A DNA stretch of 64,000 bases from Leidyana gryllorum EB-2025a. Its lineage: Eukaryota; Protista; Apicomplexa. This document shows positions 38,675-51,184 of the stretch, piece by piece. Position 1 is the first letter of the stretch. The number at the start of each line of letters is the position of its first letter. The DNA is taken from the NCBI GenBank assembly GCA_048772705.1, contig JBLWGC010000169.1:124001-188000 (forward strand). The letters run 5' to 3'. Made by a program: the position numbers and the translations under genes. The notes beneath the pieces are model-generated. The model saw nothing but the letters and a program-made list of their open reading frames with translations. It was not told where the DNA came from and ran no database searches.

Positions 38675-39644
38675 ATGAACAGAGAAACCACTCAAGATCA
38701 GACAGCAAACGGCAAACAACAAACAGCGAACATTCCAGCAGGCAGCTAACACACTTCACACACACTTCACACACCTCACACATGCCACACAGCCACACAC
38801 CCACCCCATACACACACACACACACACACACACACGTTTACTCACGACAGGTGGTGGTTCGTGGGAGCATTTGCTCCTGGCCAAGACTGCCCTGGACATT
38901 GGTTGAGAGCGTTTGAAACTGTGCTGTACCGTAGGAGGCGTCTTCCAGCTTCCTCATAGGCGGCGTTTGAGGTTTGGGGAGTGGCTGCATTTGAGTCTCT
39001 ACAGTGAGCGGTTAAGCGCGCAGGTCTCGGGTTTTCGGATCGGCGCGGTTCCAAGAGGGCAGTGACAGGTCGCATAGCGGCCACGGAGGCCGAGCAATGC
39101 GAAGAGTATGATCTACAGGCCGGCGTATACCACCTTGTGGAGAGACGAGTACCTCGCAAGAGGAGTGACGCTCACTGATACCGGCGTGGGCGGCAGTGGT
39201 GAGGGCCATCTCGGTGGCGGTTTGGCGGCGTCCCGTTCCATGACGGTCCTTGTACGGACACGTGTTTGTACAAACGGGACAACATTACGTGTCTGATCGT
39301 CGATGATCTTCGCCGCCGTTTTGCTAGTGTTGATAGGCCTTTACGTGGGTATGGCGTTCCCACCGAGGCCGTGGGTACGCTCCCTCTCACTGGCGGCCAC
39401 CGCACTGCTGTGCCTTTATGTGGTGCTGAACCTGACTCTTCCGACGTTGGTATTCCTGACTTCAGTGGGTGGCTTGTTTGTTCTGCTACCCATTACAATC
39501 GTTCGGCGACTTCGGCGCGGCGGGGAGAGCCACACGGCGTCAAGTTGCTGACGGGGGGCCTTGTGATGGCCATTATTCTTCTCAGCTATCACGAACGGTG
39601 ACAAGCCCAGACCGACCGACCCTTGCACGTCCAAACCCTAGTTA
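38675..39644 (+). CDS. Possible small multi-exon hypothetical gene
   Basis: ATG near 38675, a strong + acceptor at 38849, and a hydrophobic ORF at 39303-39551. The exon chain was not resolved. Confidence 0.25.
38748..38835. repeat. CA microsatellite followed by branch-point and acceptor (tactcac..gacag)
   Basis: Direct sequence. Confidence 0.8.
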
Positions 39645-39695
39645 GCCGGTGCAAACCCTAGCCACCGCAAAACCCTAGCGGCCGCAAAACCCTAG
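39633..39695 (+). repeat. Four AAACCCTAG telomere-like (telo-box) motifs
   Basis: aaaccctag at 39633, 39653, 39670 and 39687 (spacing 20, 17, 17). Confidence 0.9.
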
Positions 39696-40452
39696 AAGGC
39701 ATTCGATGTGCGGCATTCAATATATTCGACATTCGATAGTATCAATCGCCATTCGCAGTCGATTTGCAGCGGAGCGGAAGACAGATGTTATACAGATAGT
39801 AGACAGAGAGCTCGCGTCTTCGTTGGTTTTTTTTTCGCAATGGGGGACCAAAAGGGAACAGATAGATCACCAAGCATTAATCGATCAAAGCCCAGTTGTG
39901 CATCGACCGCGAGTATTGATTCTGAAAGGTAATTTGGACCTTTGTATTCAGTTGGAGTCGCTTTACCGAAACCAAACTCACCTCCGGATAAAATTGCCGA
40001 TCGCTCCGCCAGTAGATGTCGGCGGCGGCCTCGGAGATTTGGAGTTGGATGGACAGCGACAAGGACGGGGAGACTTGGGACACTCAGCTCGCTTTGCGGG
40101 CGCCGGGGGCGTGACACATTCTGCGCTAGAAACCACGCGTGATCGAGATCGACTGAAAATCGATCCCGACTTCTTGCAATCCTTCGCAGCTCGGATTCCC
40201 TCGATCACCGCGCCTCCTACTTCCGCTTTGATGTGCCCGCTCGAGCAGGGGCAAACTGAGGGTAACAAACAGTTGTAGATGACCACCATGCAGCAGTAGT
40301 GTTGGGAGCACCAGCCAGGCATCACAGATCGAAGACACACGACGCAACGTATTTGGAAAGAGTGTACAACGGCGGATGGCGCGGGACAGACAGGCAGACA
40401 GACTAATCAGACATCATCAAGTTGCTTCGAATTCTCCAACAAACAGTGTTGG

Positions 40453-42683
40453 TCAGCTCTCATCTATCGCTCGCCATCAGCTCTTGTGACAGGTAGAAGT
40501 GGGCTGTGCAGTGTGCAGTGAGCATATAGAAGGCTGCACACACTATTAAGTGTGTGCAGCGCGCATTGTGCATTGTGTTGTGCGTGCGACACGCAACATC
40601 AAATTTGTGGTCCGCATTTGTGTTATTCGCAAAGTGGACAGTTTCAGGTATTGGGTGTGGTACGAATTGCTGCTTGGGCAAAGTGTGTCAGCGAGGAGGG
40701 TAGCTCACGCGTGATGCAGCGTTTCTCAGGGCAGTGGGGGCAGCCGAAATGTAGTAGTTGTACTTTGAGTCTGTTGGTGGCATCTTCGAGCGAGCGGTAC
40801 TCGTCCATGAGAATATCGAGTCGTCTGCGTTCGTCGAAGATGCGTTCGCGCATTTCCTTTGCACGGGCGAGGTGGATAGCGCGTTCCTCGCGGAGGCGCG
40901 TGAGGGCGTGTTTAATGTTCTCACGTTCCTTGGTGGTGCAGTTTTTGAGGGTGCCGAATTCCTCAGCTGACCTCTGTTTTTCGAGAACTTCTTCATCTGC
41001 GACTTTGCGTTCGATCTCTGTGATGAGAGTTTTGAGTCGTCTGGCTTCATCTCGTAACATTGAGATGGATTCTCGGCCTCTGTGGTGATGGAGTGCTTCA
41101 AGAGTTTGTATGCGTCTCGCTGTCTCCTCTTCGTGCCAGGCGAGTCTGTTCTCTTCTCGTTGAATTCGGAGCAAAATCTCTTCCACAGCCTCCAGTTCGC
41201 CTCGTTCAGCTTGAATGCGCGACTCTGCCGCCATTTGCAGTTCCGCCGCCCGTCTCATTCGGTCGCGTAGTTCTCTCAGGTCTTCGCAGCTCGCAGGAGA
41301 GTGTTCTCCCCGCAGAATACGAAGGAGCTCAATGTGCGACATGAGTGGGTGCCGCGACGCGTGACGGAGCGCGCGATCTTCGATGTGGTGGACAGCCGCC
41401 GTCTCCACTGCCGCCAAGGCGGCCGCTCCTACGGCGTGGCGGACGGGGTGGTGTTCCGCAGCCTCTTCGGTGAGAATCTTGGGAGTGGACACGGCCCGTC
41501 TGGAACAGAGTGTTTCGACTCCAATTCCGGCCAGAGCTCTCTTCAACGTTGGACACGGAGTAACATGACGAGATCGACGATGTAGACGACAGGGAGACAC
41601 GGCATTCGTGGGGATTTCTTGGCGTCTCGCTACCTTCTTGTCATGGTGCTTCCGATGCATCTTAGTAGCCGCCATTAGTCCAGCGCCTATTGCTGCCGTC
41701 TCAGCTATATTCAAGCGATGTTTTCTGTGTTCCGCGTCACTGTCATCACCTCGATGGTGATGGAAGTGGTCCAACAGTTGTTCAGCTGCTTCCCGTAAAT
41801 GATGGTCATGTGATGGTGTCTCCGTCTCCTTGCCGCCTTTCGGCGTCTCCGTCTCCTTGACAGCCGCCTCCGCCGTCTCGTTCTCCTTTTTCTTCTTGTG
41901 GTGGTGACGGACGGTGGCAGCGGCTCCCAGGACTGCAGCCGCTCCTAGAACACCCGCCACAGCCTTGTGGTGATGGTGATGATGTGCAGGATCTTTGTTG
42001 TCGTCACTCTCACTGTGTGCCACAGACCCCGCCGTCTCCTTGCGCGAGCCCGACGTCTCCTTGTGCAGAACGGCACACTTGGAGGAGTGGTGTTCCTTGG
42101 GCTCTTTACTGTCAGAGGACTGTCGGCGTTCGTGTTCGCGATGTATGGCCTCGGCGGCGAGTGCCACTCCGGCAGCAGCGGCTACTTTGCCAGACTTGAG
42201 GGCCTTGCAGGGTCGGGGTGAGTGTTCGGACTTGCGCGCGGCGAGTTCTCCGGCAGCGAAGCCCGCGGCGGCTCCCAAGGCGGCGGCAGCGAGTTTGTGT
42301 GAGGAATTGCTGTGGGATGCGGAGGAAGACGAGGAGGAAGAGGAGCGACTGCGTTGATGGTGATGTTTGCGGAGACGGTGTCTCCGTCTGTGGTGGTTGT
42401 CGTTATCGGCGTCTCCGTCGGTGGCACGTCGCGAGTCGGCGGCGAGTTTGGCCGCCGCGTTGGCTATGAAGCTTTTGTGCAGGTGGCAGTGGGGTTCATG
42501 GACGGCGGGTTGGTGTTCACATAGACAGCCAAAGGAGGGCGGAGACGGCGGCGGGTTGATGTGTGCTTCAACCACTTTGCAGGAAGGGCTCTCGGGAGGG
42601 GGGGGCGCCTCAGTATTGGAGGAACTTCGCAGCCCCGTTTTGATAGAGTCCACGATCCGAAAAGGCAGCAGCTTTTGAGCCAT
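40453..42683 (-). CDS. His/Ala-rich hydrophilin-like protein with C-terminal coiled coil
   Basis: 704-codon ORF with first ATG at 42683. Repeated Ala/Gly segments are flanked by His/Lys/Glu runs, followed by an E/R-rich coiled coil. A terminal intron at ~40464-40710 is probable. Confidence 0.65.
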
Positions 42684-42765
42684 ATCCGCACTCACTGAGC
42701 CCGAGAGCTCTTTGCATGTCCCAACCCTTTCCGTACTCAAAGGGGCGCCCCAGACCACCCGGTCA

Positions 42766-45700
42766 TCACAGCAGACTTAGTGCGTGCGACACTTGCGTCT
42801 TTGCAAAGTAGGAACGTCCCTGGGCCGTCGCCAATGGAGACGGCGAGAACACGCGCTCAGACTTGGGCGTCACCACTGGACACAAACTACTGCGGCCTAA
42901 CGGCGCAGCAGCCAAACGCCCCGCAGCTACCATCCGGAACGCGGGAGCTGTCAATGTATCCACAGCCGTCGCAGTCGCCGGCATCAACCGCGTTCGGGCC
43001 ACCTGAATCCGGCCCGACTCATTAGCCACTGACTGCCAACTCAAACTCGTGTCTCGATAGTGCCGACTCGTGTGCCACGGAATACCCTCCTGTTTACTCG
43101 TTGATCGTGTGTGAGTGTGATGTAACGGACTGTGATGGTGGTGCAGCGTAGCTGCTGAATGCGGATGAGAGTGTGAATGATGAGTTGCCGTCGCCCCCGC
43201 ACTCGACGGCATCGCTGCTGACGCCGTCCCTCTATTGTAGTGAGGAGGCAGTGTCGTCGTTGACACTGTCGTAATCTGAGGCTTATGTAACTGAGGATAA
43301 CTTCGGTGCACCAAAGTCGTTCTCGGCTCAGCACTATGCGTAGTCGTAGTAGTCGTCGTGCTCGTCGACGTCGTACTCATCGGAGACGGCGCCCCCACAT
43401 GATACTGATGGTGATGGGGAGGCGGCGGCGTCGCACTCGGAGGAGACATCGACGACGACGACGCATTCAACAAACGCAACTCTGCCGCCGTCGGAATCGC
43501 TTTCCGACGCGATTGAGACTCTTTTCGAGATGCTGTCCGCCGTCGCCGAGCAGGAATCGTGCTCTTCCATGGTGTCTCCTCCACCGTACGGTGCTCAGGC
43601 AGACCTCCAGTCGTCGCCGCCCCGTCACGCCCCCATAACGACGACGATTCTTGCGTCGCCATTTGCGGACGAGGCACTCGCCCCCCGCTAGCCACCCACT
43701 CAGGACGCTCCGAAGGAACCTTCTTGTTCACAGACTCCGCAGCCACAGCCGGCGGACCGTGCTGTCGAGGCGTCACATTATCGCGAGACGCACTCTCCAA
43801 CCGCAATGTCGACGACAACAACCGACTGGTGTCGCTCGCGTCATCTTCGCCCTGAAAAGGAAAAGATGCAATCTCAACATCATAAATCAATCGCGCACAC
43901 CGCAAATGCACGTGCGCCGAGCGCCAAACCCCTTGCATCAAGCACATTCCCAGTCCCCGTTGCATCGAGCGACAAAGCCCTTGCATCGAGCAAATAGTCG
44001 GTGCATCGAGCAAGCAAATATCCTCCCCTTCCCTGCACGAGGAGGGCACTTACTTCGGCTTTATAAATTCTGCGTGTGAGTGGAGAGACGAGCAGAGAGC
44101 GCGGCGACATCCTGCTGGACCGAGCGCCGCCCGCACCAGAATCTTTTTTCTTGCTCAGGACAGAGAAGTAGTGTCTGGGTGACTCAGCTCCGCCTCTGGC
44201 TGTGGGGGGTGCACACAGCAAAGCGTCATAATGAGTCAGTAAACAGTATGAAGGCTTGCTTTTCCGGCAGAAGAGCATTAAATAGTATGTAAAGTACCGC
44301 TTGGGAACGTGTGGGCCTTGTTCGGCCAAAAGCCTTCGAATTGTTCTTGCTCTGCAAGGCGACAACTTTGATAGATCAACCAACTCCCAGCCAGCGTACC
44401 GTGACTCTATCTCGGCCAGAGGCCGCATTAATTCACTGTGGAGAGCTTTCCGGACCACCGGAAGCTGTAAGCTAAAGGTGCGCAGCAACCGCGGACGGTC
44501 GCCAGGCGGTGAAAGGGATAGGAGTTCCAGCATTAGACGTTCGTGCGCTTTCGGGGGCGGATCCTCATTCCCCTCGCTGGCTGGAAAGACAGACTTTCTC
44601 AGCAAACGAGGGTCCGCAATTCTCAAGAATGGGTGGTTTAACGCTTCATTGACGGACCTGCGGCGGAAAAGTGGCAACAAAGGTGGTGAGGGGACTCAGC
44701 CTTTCTCACATTCGGGTCTCGGGGTTGGGGTCCAACAAACGAAAGATGAAGTCCTTTGCATCTTCCGACACCAGCCCAGGGTCGATACCACATCTTTGGA
44801 ACAGCTCATTGTATTTCTGAGCAGCGCACAGATTCCAGTTGGGGTCATTGTCGTCAGGGTGAACAGACTGCAGATGGAGAGATGATGGGGGTAACGATGC
44901 CGCACCCAGCGCTTAGTTACCTCAAAGATTTCTGTTGCAAACAGAAAGTAAAAGGAAGACCAGCCCAGACACCAGGCATCAACCTTCGTCGCTTGATAGG
45001 GGGCGTGACAAAAGATCTCTGGAGGTCTGAACTTTTTGCCCACGCAGCCCTTATAAGGTACCGCGACCTCTTTCCCATCCGAATCGCTCCGGAACAATAC
45101 CGCTTGTCCGGGGTCGCAAAGTTGGATCTGTCCAAACGCGTCCAACGGGGCCACACAGACACACATCCACACATCCACACACCCGCACGCCCACACACCC
45201 ACACACCCGCACGCCCACACACCCGCACACCCACACACCCGCACACTCACACACACACACACCCACCGTGTATTCGCCTTCGAGGTTGTAAGAAAGGAGA
45301 CAATTTTCGAGGGAGAAGTCCTGCAGAGCAACGCCTTTGGCGTGACAGGCGTGCAGCCCCTCGGCGGCAGCCTTCATGGCCATGGCGGTGACTTCTTCGG
45401 GGAGACCCAGCGGATATTGTTTGAGCTGAGATCAGGTGGGATTGAGACTAGGGCTGGCCGCTCCGAGGCTCACCAGTTCAAGTAGATCCTCGCCATTAGC
45501 AAAGTCCGAGATGACAAAGTGGAAGTCCATAGCGCCGATAACTTCGCGAATAACAGCGACATTCTTGCAGCCGTGAAGAATTGGAGCGAAAAATACCTCC
45601 GCCAGAGGTGTCTCTGGCAAATCCGAGACGGGCCGATTGTCATCTGTGGCGCCACGAAATGGTCAGTGACAGCTTGTCGTCGCCTCACCTCGTTCCTGGT

Positions 45701-45953
45701 CACCCCGACGCTCAATATCTTTGCGTCGCAGGGATTTGATGGCGACTGCGTCTCCGGTGGTGAGACCGACGCCGGCCATAACGGAGCCATACAGACAATC
45801 CTAAGGGGCGATGATGTCCAATGGGAGCTTTGGAGGGCGTCTCACCTGAATTCGCGCGAGGAGTAAGTATGATTCTAGGCGGCCTGGTATAACTCTGCCG
45901 ACGAGGGGGAACCGGTTGGCGTCTTCATCAGCCTTGGGGTCTTCGGCGGCCAT
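42766..45953 (-). CDS. Divergent Ser/Thr protein kinase (SLEN-type, CAMK-like) with long low-complexity tail
   Basis: Spliced: QDCLYGSV..DAVAIK, ETPLAE, DFANGEDLL, ALQDFSLENCLL, LCDPGQA, VGKKFRPPE, KVDAWCLG and LLDPNPETRM|SVNEALNHPFL. Confidence 0.85.
45152..45263. repeat. CA-rich tract in kinase intron
   Basis: cacacacccgcacgcc-type units. Confidence 0.85.
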
Positions 45954-45981
45954 TTCGGCTTCGTTTTTCTGAGATTTGGCG

Positions 45982-48900
45982 ATGAAAAAAGGGCGGTGGA
46001 TAGTACTCCTGTTATCATCCCTCCTCCAGACTGCCACAGCAACACTCCACCCCTCAGCAGTCGATTATTTCATCGACCATTTACGCAGTTTGGTAACACT
46101 CCCAGTGACCCATATCGCCCATTGGGACGACACCCCCAGAAACGATCATGACACCACAACGTGGTGGCCGCCCTTAGGCCCGGAGATGCTGCAGATCGAT
46201 ACAGCAGACGACCCGCGCAGTGTGCGTTTGTCTCAGACCCTTCTGGCGAGCCCCGCCTTCCCGCGAGTATTAGAGCCGCTGAACGGCAGACGCTTACGTC
46301 CCACCTGTACCAGTCTGGAAGGCCCGGTGTGCCCACCAATGACCGGTTCCTCGATATCCTCCCTATTGTTTCGCCAAAAGGGTATCGGTGACCACACTTT
46401 GTATCGCCAGAGAATGCTAAATCTCTTACGGCACAACAAACCTAACGCTCTGTGGGTCTGGAACGACGATAACAGTGGGATACAACGCATTAATGTCGCC
46501 CAGGACGAATGGGATATGTGGCTAAACTCAAACCCGCCCGGCTCAGAACTGTCCCGCCTATTGATGGCGGCCGACTTTGACGGGCCCGGTGGACGTCTGG
46601 GCCTAAAGAAGGCTTCTGAAGAGCTCCAACTGCCATCGAGTGTGGTGGTGACGGAGGGTCTCCACAAATTCAATCCTCACAACGCCAGCAGCTTTCTGCC
46701 GGCTTCACGCAGAGTGTACATTGCTGCCGCGGGCTCACATGAGAGCGCTGTACTAACCTCTCAAGACGGATTGCGGCCAGATCGCGGCTTTCTCGACGCC
46801 GAGCGTCGATGGGTCACGAGTGGAGCGGCCGTGGAGATCAGCGACGCCGAAGCCCCCAGCGAGCGGATCGCGACCTCTCACGATTGGCGGTATATGCTGA
46901 TGTCTCAAAGCTACAGTCTTTTTGGCATCGAGAACATTCAGCAGCTCCCCAACCAGTTCGAATACGCCATCGGCGCTGTCAAGTCGTCCATACTGGACCA
47001 TCTGACGCTGGCGGTCAACTGGGCTCGCCAGGCACCCGTCGCGGCCGAGCGGTCCGGGGGAGATTTATACACTGAGATGTTTGTCGATTGGGTTCCGGCA
47101 TCCGAGTTGAATGTGACGGCCGTCTACAAGTCGACTTTCACCCCATACACTGATCTCCCTGAGCGCTCCTCTGTGGTTCTGCCGGGCAGTATCAAAAAGT
47201 TGGTCGAAAATGAGGTCGAATTGCTTCGAATGATCCCACCCGGAGTCAATTGGGACGTCTACGCGGCCGCACTCCACATAAGCCCAGAAGCAGTGTACAA
47301 ATGGAGAATGGAACCGCGGACGGCGGCCAGAAAGGTCGCTCCACCCGCGAGTTACCGTAGCCCCGCCGCCAATCTCGGACTCGCTTTCGCTCGAGGAGTT
47401 TTCGCTCAACTAAGACTAGCACGAACAATAACGCGAACGGTTGCGGTGCGTCCAATCATCACTCTTAATGTCGCCCTATTATCCATTTTCATTCGCAGAC
47501 AATCTTCAAAACTGTTCTCAAAGTAAGTCACTCCGATTTGACGAAATAGCGCTCCTTAGACAATAGTAACACGCTCTCTGCCCTCCTTTAACTTCCGCAA
47601 GTCACATGGCACCGATGCCCCGACACCACGCCCACCTGGCTACCGACCGAACGATCCGGACACACACGATAACATTTGGACCAATGCTCGTTCCGGTGAA
47701 CAGCATTACCGTTTAATGCAACCAGACGAGTCACCCATATCTTTCAGTCGCTACACCGGCATTTGTCAGTAAGCAGAACGTCTATCTTGCCGTCCCGGGA
47801 GACATACGTCCAATGTTATATGTGTGTGCGCTATGTTCGCGCATTCCGCTGATCTGCTCACAATGCTTTCTTTCACCCTTTCAGCGATTGGCAATTGTCT
47901 AAAGCTGTCCCACCGTGGCTCGATGAGGTCCCATTGGGGTTCAGCGAAGGGCTGCCGCGGTCAATGTCTGCCAACTGGGTTGGCGCTTGGGGTTTGGAGA
48001 ATTCTGGGCCCATTCTACTGTCGACGAGTGGTGAAGTCCACTTTAGCAAACCGATAGTATTGGAAGGTGTATGGCTGGACGTGCAGGAGCTCTACAAACC
48101 CCGCGGCCATCAGCTGCTGACTATTCGTGGTGCGTCTGTGGCGTCCACGACCGAGGATCTGGAGTATGGCATAGCTCTCAAGACGTGGCGTGAGGGTAAA
48201 CAGGTTCTGGGGGGCCCAATTGAAACAGCGTGGAGCGTCCGAGTGATGGATACACAGCTGTTTGAGGCCTCAGCAGCTGTCGGCGGCCCTATCAATATAT
48301 TGGAGCACTTTCCTGTCGACGGGTTCCAGTATCGTCGTGTGAGCTTTTTGTCGTTCCACTGGACATCGCTGGGGGCGTTTGACCACAAAGACACTCCCAG
48401 TTCGCCCCATCGGTTCAAATGGAGTTTGCCATCTTCACTCCCGCACAGCGAATTGACTCCCGGGTCTTCGGCGAACGGGATAGTACTGCAGAGGGTGAAG
48501 TTCCATCACACTACCCGAATCTTCAACTATGATTTCGAAGTGATCAACAAGTTGCTGCAAAGTCAACTGGACGACCATTCGAATCTGCGGATGCTCAAAA
48601 TCCTCCACAAAGCCAAAATAGATACGCATATGTATCAAACACTGGAATCCTCATTTCCGTCGGTTCTGGTGACTTCACTGCCGAAACGACCCGCTAGCAG
48701 CAGCAGCAAGAGTCCCCCAATCAGCACCAATCTCACTTTTGTGACCGACGATGGCCGTCTGAATCTCACACGTCTGAATGACGACAGATTGCACAGATAC
48801 ACTGCTCGTCACAAAGCAGTGCCGTATGGTGTGCGTGCCAAAGCCGATGCGCACCCAATGAAACGGATGTTTTCAAGCGGGGCTCGTGGGGCCGGCGGGT

Positions 48901-50651
48901 TTGGTGGATCATCGATGCTGCCTCGACTGGCGCAGACAGCTCCGGATTGGGGTCTCGAGAACACCTTGCGTAGCCACATTAGGACAGCGGGAGCCAAACC
49001 GGCTTTGAGTGCGGACGGTATTGTGATTGGATTGGATGAGAGGAGCATCACGCCCCGTCTGACCATTCAGTCACTCGATTTGGCGGTTGAGGCCCCCGTG
49101 ATAACTCTGCAAATGGCGCATCGTCATAACGCCTTCTTCTCGGATGCGACTGACGATTTTTGGACGGACTCTGAATACCTTCAGGAATTGACTAACGCCG
49201 ATCTGCGGTCGAATTCGACCGTCGAGTGGATAGATCGGCTCCGACACAGTTTGGAGAGCGCCCCCGAACTGAAAAGTTTGATCGAAGATTTCCGAGAAGT
49301 GCTCAAAAGCGGTTCCCTCGGAGGCCCCAAACAGAAGGACCCCACCTTCAAATTCGAGAAGCGCAGGAAGAAACGCGACGACGAGGGCGACGCTGATGGA
49401 GAGGAGGAGGAGGAGGAGGAGAAGGAGAAAGATGAACACGCAGACGGAAAGGGCGTCAAAGAGGCGAGCGAGAAGGAGACGATGGAAGGGTTTGGGTTTC
49501 GGTCAAAGGGTATCGCGCCGACTTCACCGCCGCCGGGGACAACAATGGTATCGAATGAGTTGGAGGAAGAATTCGGCGACATTGACGAGGAGCAGAGCTA
49601 CGGTTTGGGCGCGGGTGGTCAGCAGAGCGAGGTGGAGTCTCGTGATGATGGGTACGGCGAGTTGGACGGCGCAATTCGACACATTGTGGAGAGCACTATA
49701 ACTCAAGCGGCGTTACAGAACAATAACGATTTGGGCTCTTTACTGCGGGAAGTGAATGTTTTGGCGATGGTCGAAGATCCCGAGACGGGAGAATTGGTCA
49801 CAAAGACGGTGACTTTCAACTTGGAGAGTGTGCTGGATGATATGGACAGCGCGTGGGCACAGCTGATGGCCGGCGAGGAGAAGGAAGAGGAACCGCTGGA
49901 CGATCCCGAGATACAGAGAGCGTTCACTTCGTTCCTCGAGCTGTCCTCATCGTCGTTTGGGTCGGCGGCCATACCGGATGAGGGCCGGAACCCAAAGATT
50001 TCGGCCGATGACGTCACCTTCTTTGGGCCGCGAGTCGCCGAGGAGCTTAGAATCGATGCTGCGACGACTGATGACACTTCCTCGACGTCGCAACCCCAGT
50101 CGGAGACCCCGACTACGGCTCCGGCGGCAGACACCGCGTATCAGTCGTCTGGACAGTCGGACGTTGGATCGTACATTGGCGAGGAGGAGACGGCTGGCGG
50201 TCGGACAACAGAGATAGTCAGTGTGGTGACCGATGTGACAGACAGTTCGGGGGCGGCCGCTGCAACTTCGAGTGAAGAAGAGCTGCGAAGGCTGCTGGGT
50301 GGTGAAGGCGGTATGAGCGATGAGGAGATTGGGGAATATGTCGCCGAGGTGGAGAGGTACATAGAACAGATCAAAGAGATGGACGTCGAGAGGGATCAAG
50401 ACGGATCGCTGCTGATGGAAATGGCCGTCCCCGACGAGACTGGGGGACTCCGCTACGCCGCCGTGACGGTGCCACCCTCCGCCCTGGAGTCCGCAGAAGC
50501 TTTCATACAGTGGTCATTGGGCAAAGAAGAGGAGTTTTGGAGTGAAGAAATGCTCAATGCGACCAGCAGCAGTTTCGTGTTCTGGGATCTGCTGTCAGAT
50601 GAGGACCCAATCGAGCTACGTGGGGCCTTGGAGGACTTGTTGGATGAATAA
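45982..50651 (+). CDS. Large secreted/ER hypothetical protein with acidic C-terminal half (one gene or two)
   Basis: Signal peptide MKKGRWIVLLLSSLLQTATA. The 516-aa and 918-aa ORFs are bridged by an open exon at ~47560-47768 with splice sites. Confidence 0.55.
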
Positions 50652-51184
50652 TTCTTGTGTTTTTGATGGTGTACTTTTGGAAATCAGCTGCAAGAAGAAA
50701 TGCCTTGCTGTTGTCGGTGCACAAACGACTTATCATCAGATGAGGACGACAGCGGCCGAAGGTATGATCGATCGCCTGACACTCTCTCCGCATATCACCC
50801 ATTAGAGGGGTGTGATAATCACCGCTGAGTTCTTCATTTTCAGGGGCCCGAATGACGGCGATAACCGCAATAAGTCGTCTCTGGTGAGAGCCGCCTCGCG
50901 AAATAATTCGCTCTTCTCGGTATGTCATGCCCCCTCGTGCCGTGCCGCCCCGTGCCTTCATTTATTGCTTCTCGGCGTGCACACAAGCAGCAAAGTGCGC
51001 AACCGAGAATATTTGCACCCGCACTCTGAAAAGCCGGATGCATCATGCATATCTCGACGCACGATGCGACAGCCGGATGCATGATGCAAATCCGGACGCT
51101 GATTGTGGCTTGGTTGTCTTATTGAACATTGCGTGCTTTGGCTGCTCCAAAATGGACTGAGACTGAGAGGATACTGTTCAGCGT

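Noticed and set aside
39303-39601. Programmed frameshift joining two hydrophobic ORFs
   Set aside because: No slippery heptamer or homology support; the region has splice signals that could explain the frame changes.
50660-50960. Structured ncRNA or tRNA in longer intergenic gaps (also 53780-54040)
   Set aside because: No cloverleaf, A/B boxes or family motif recognisable by eye; an Infernal scan would be needed.
51030-51095. Bacterial REP-like gccggatgc repeats
   Set aside because: Only two short direct copies in a eukaryotic context; better explained as TGCATG-type motifs.
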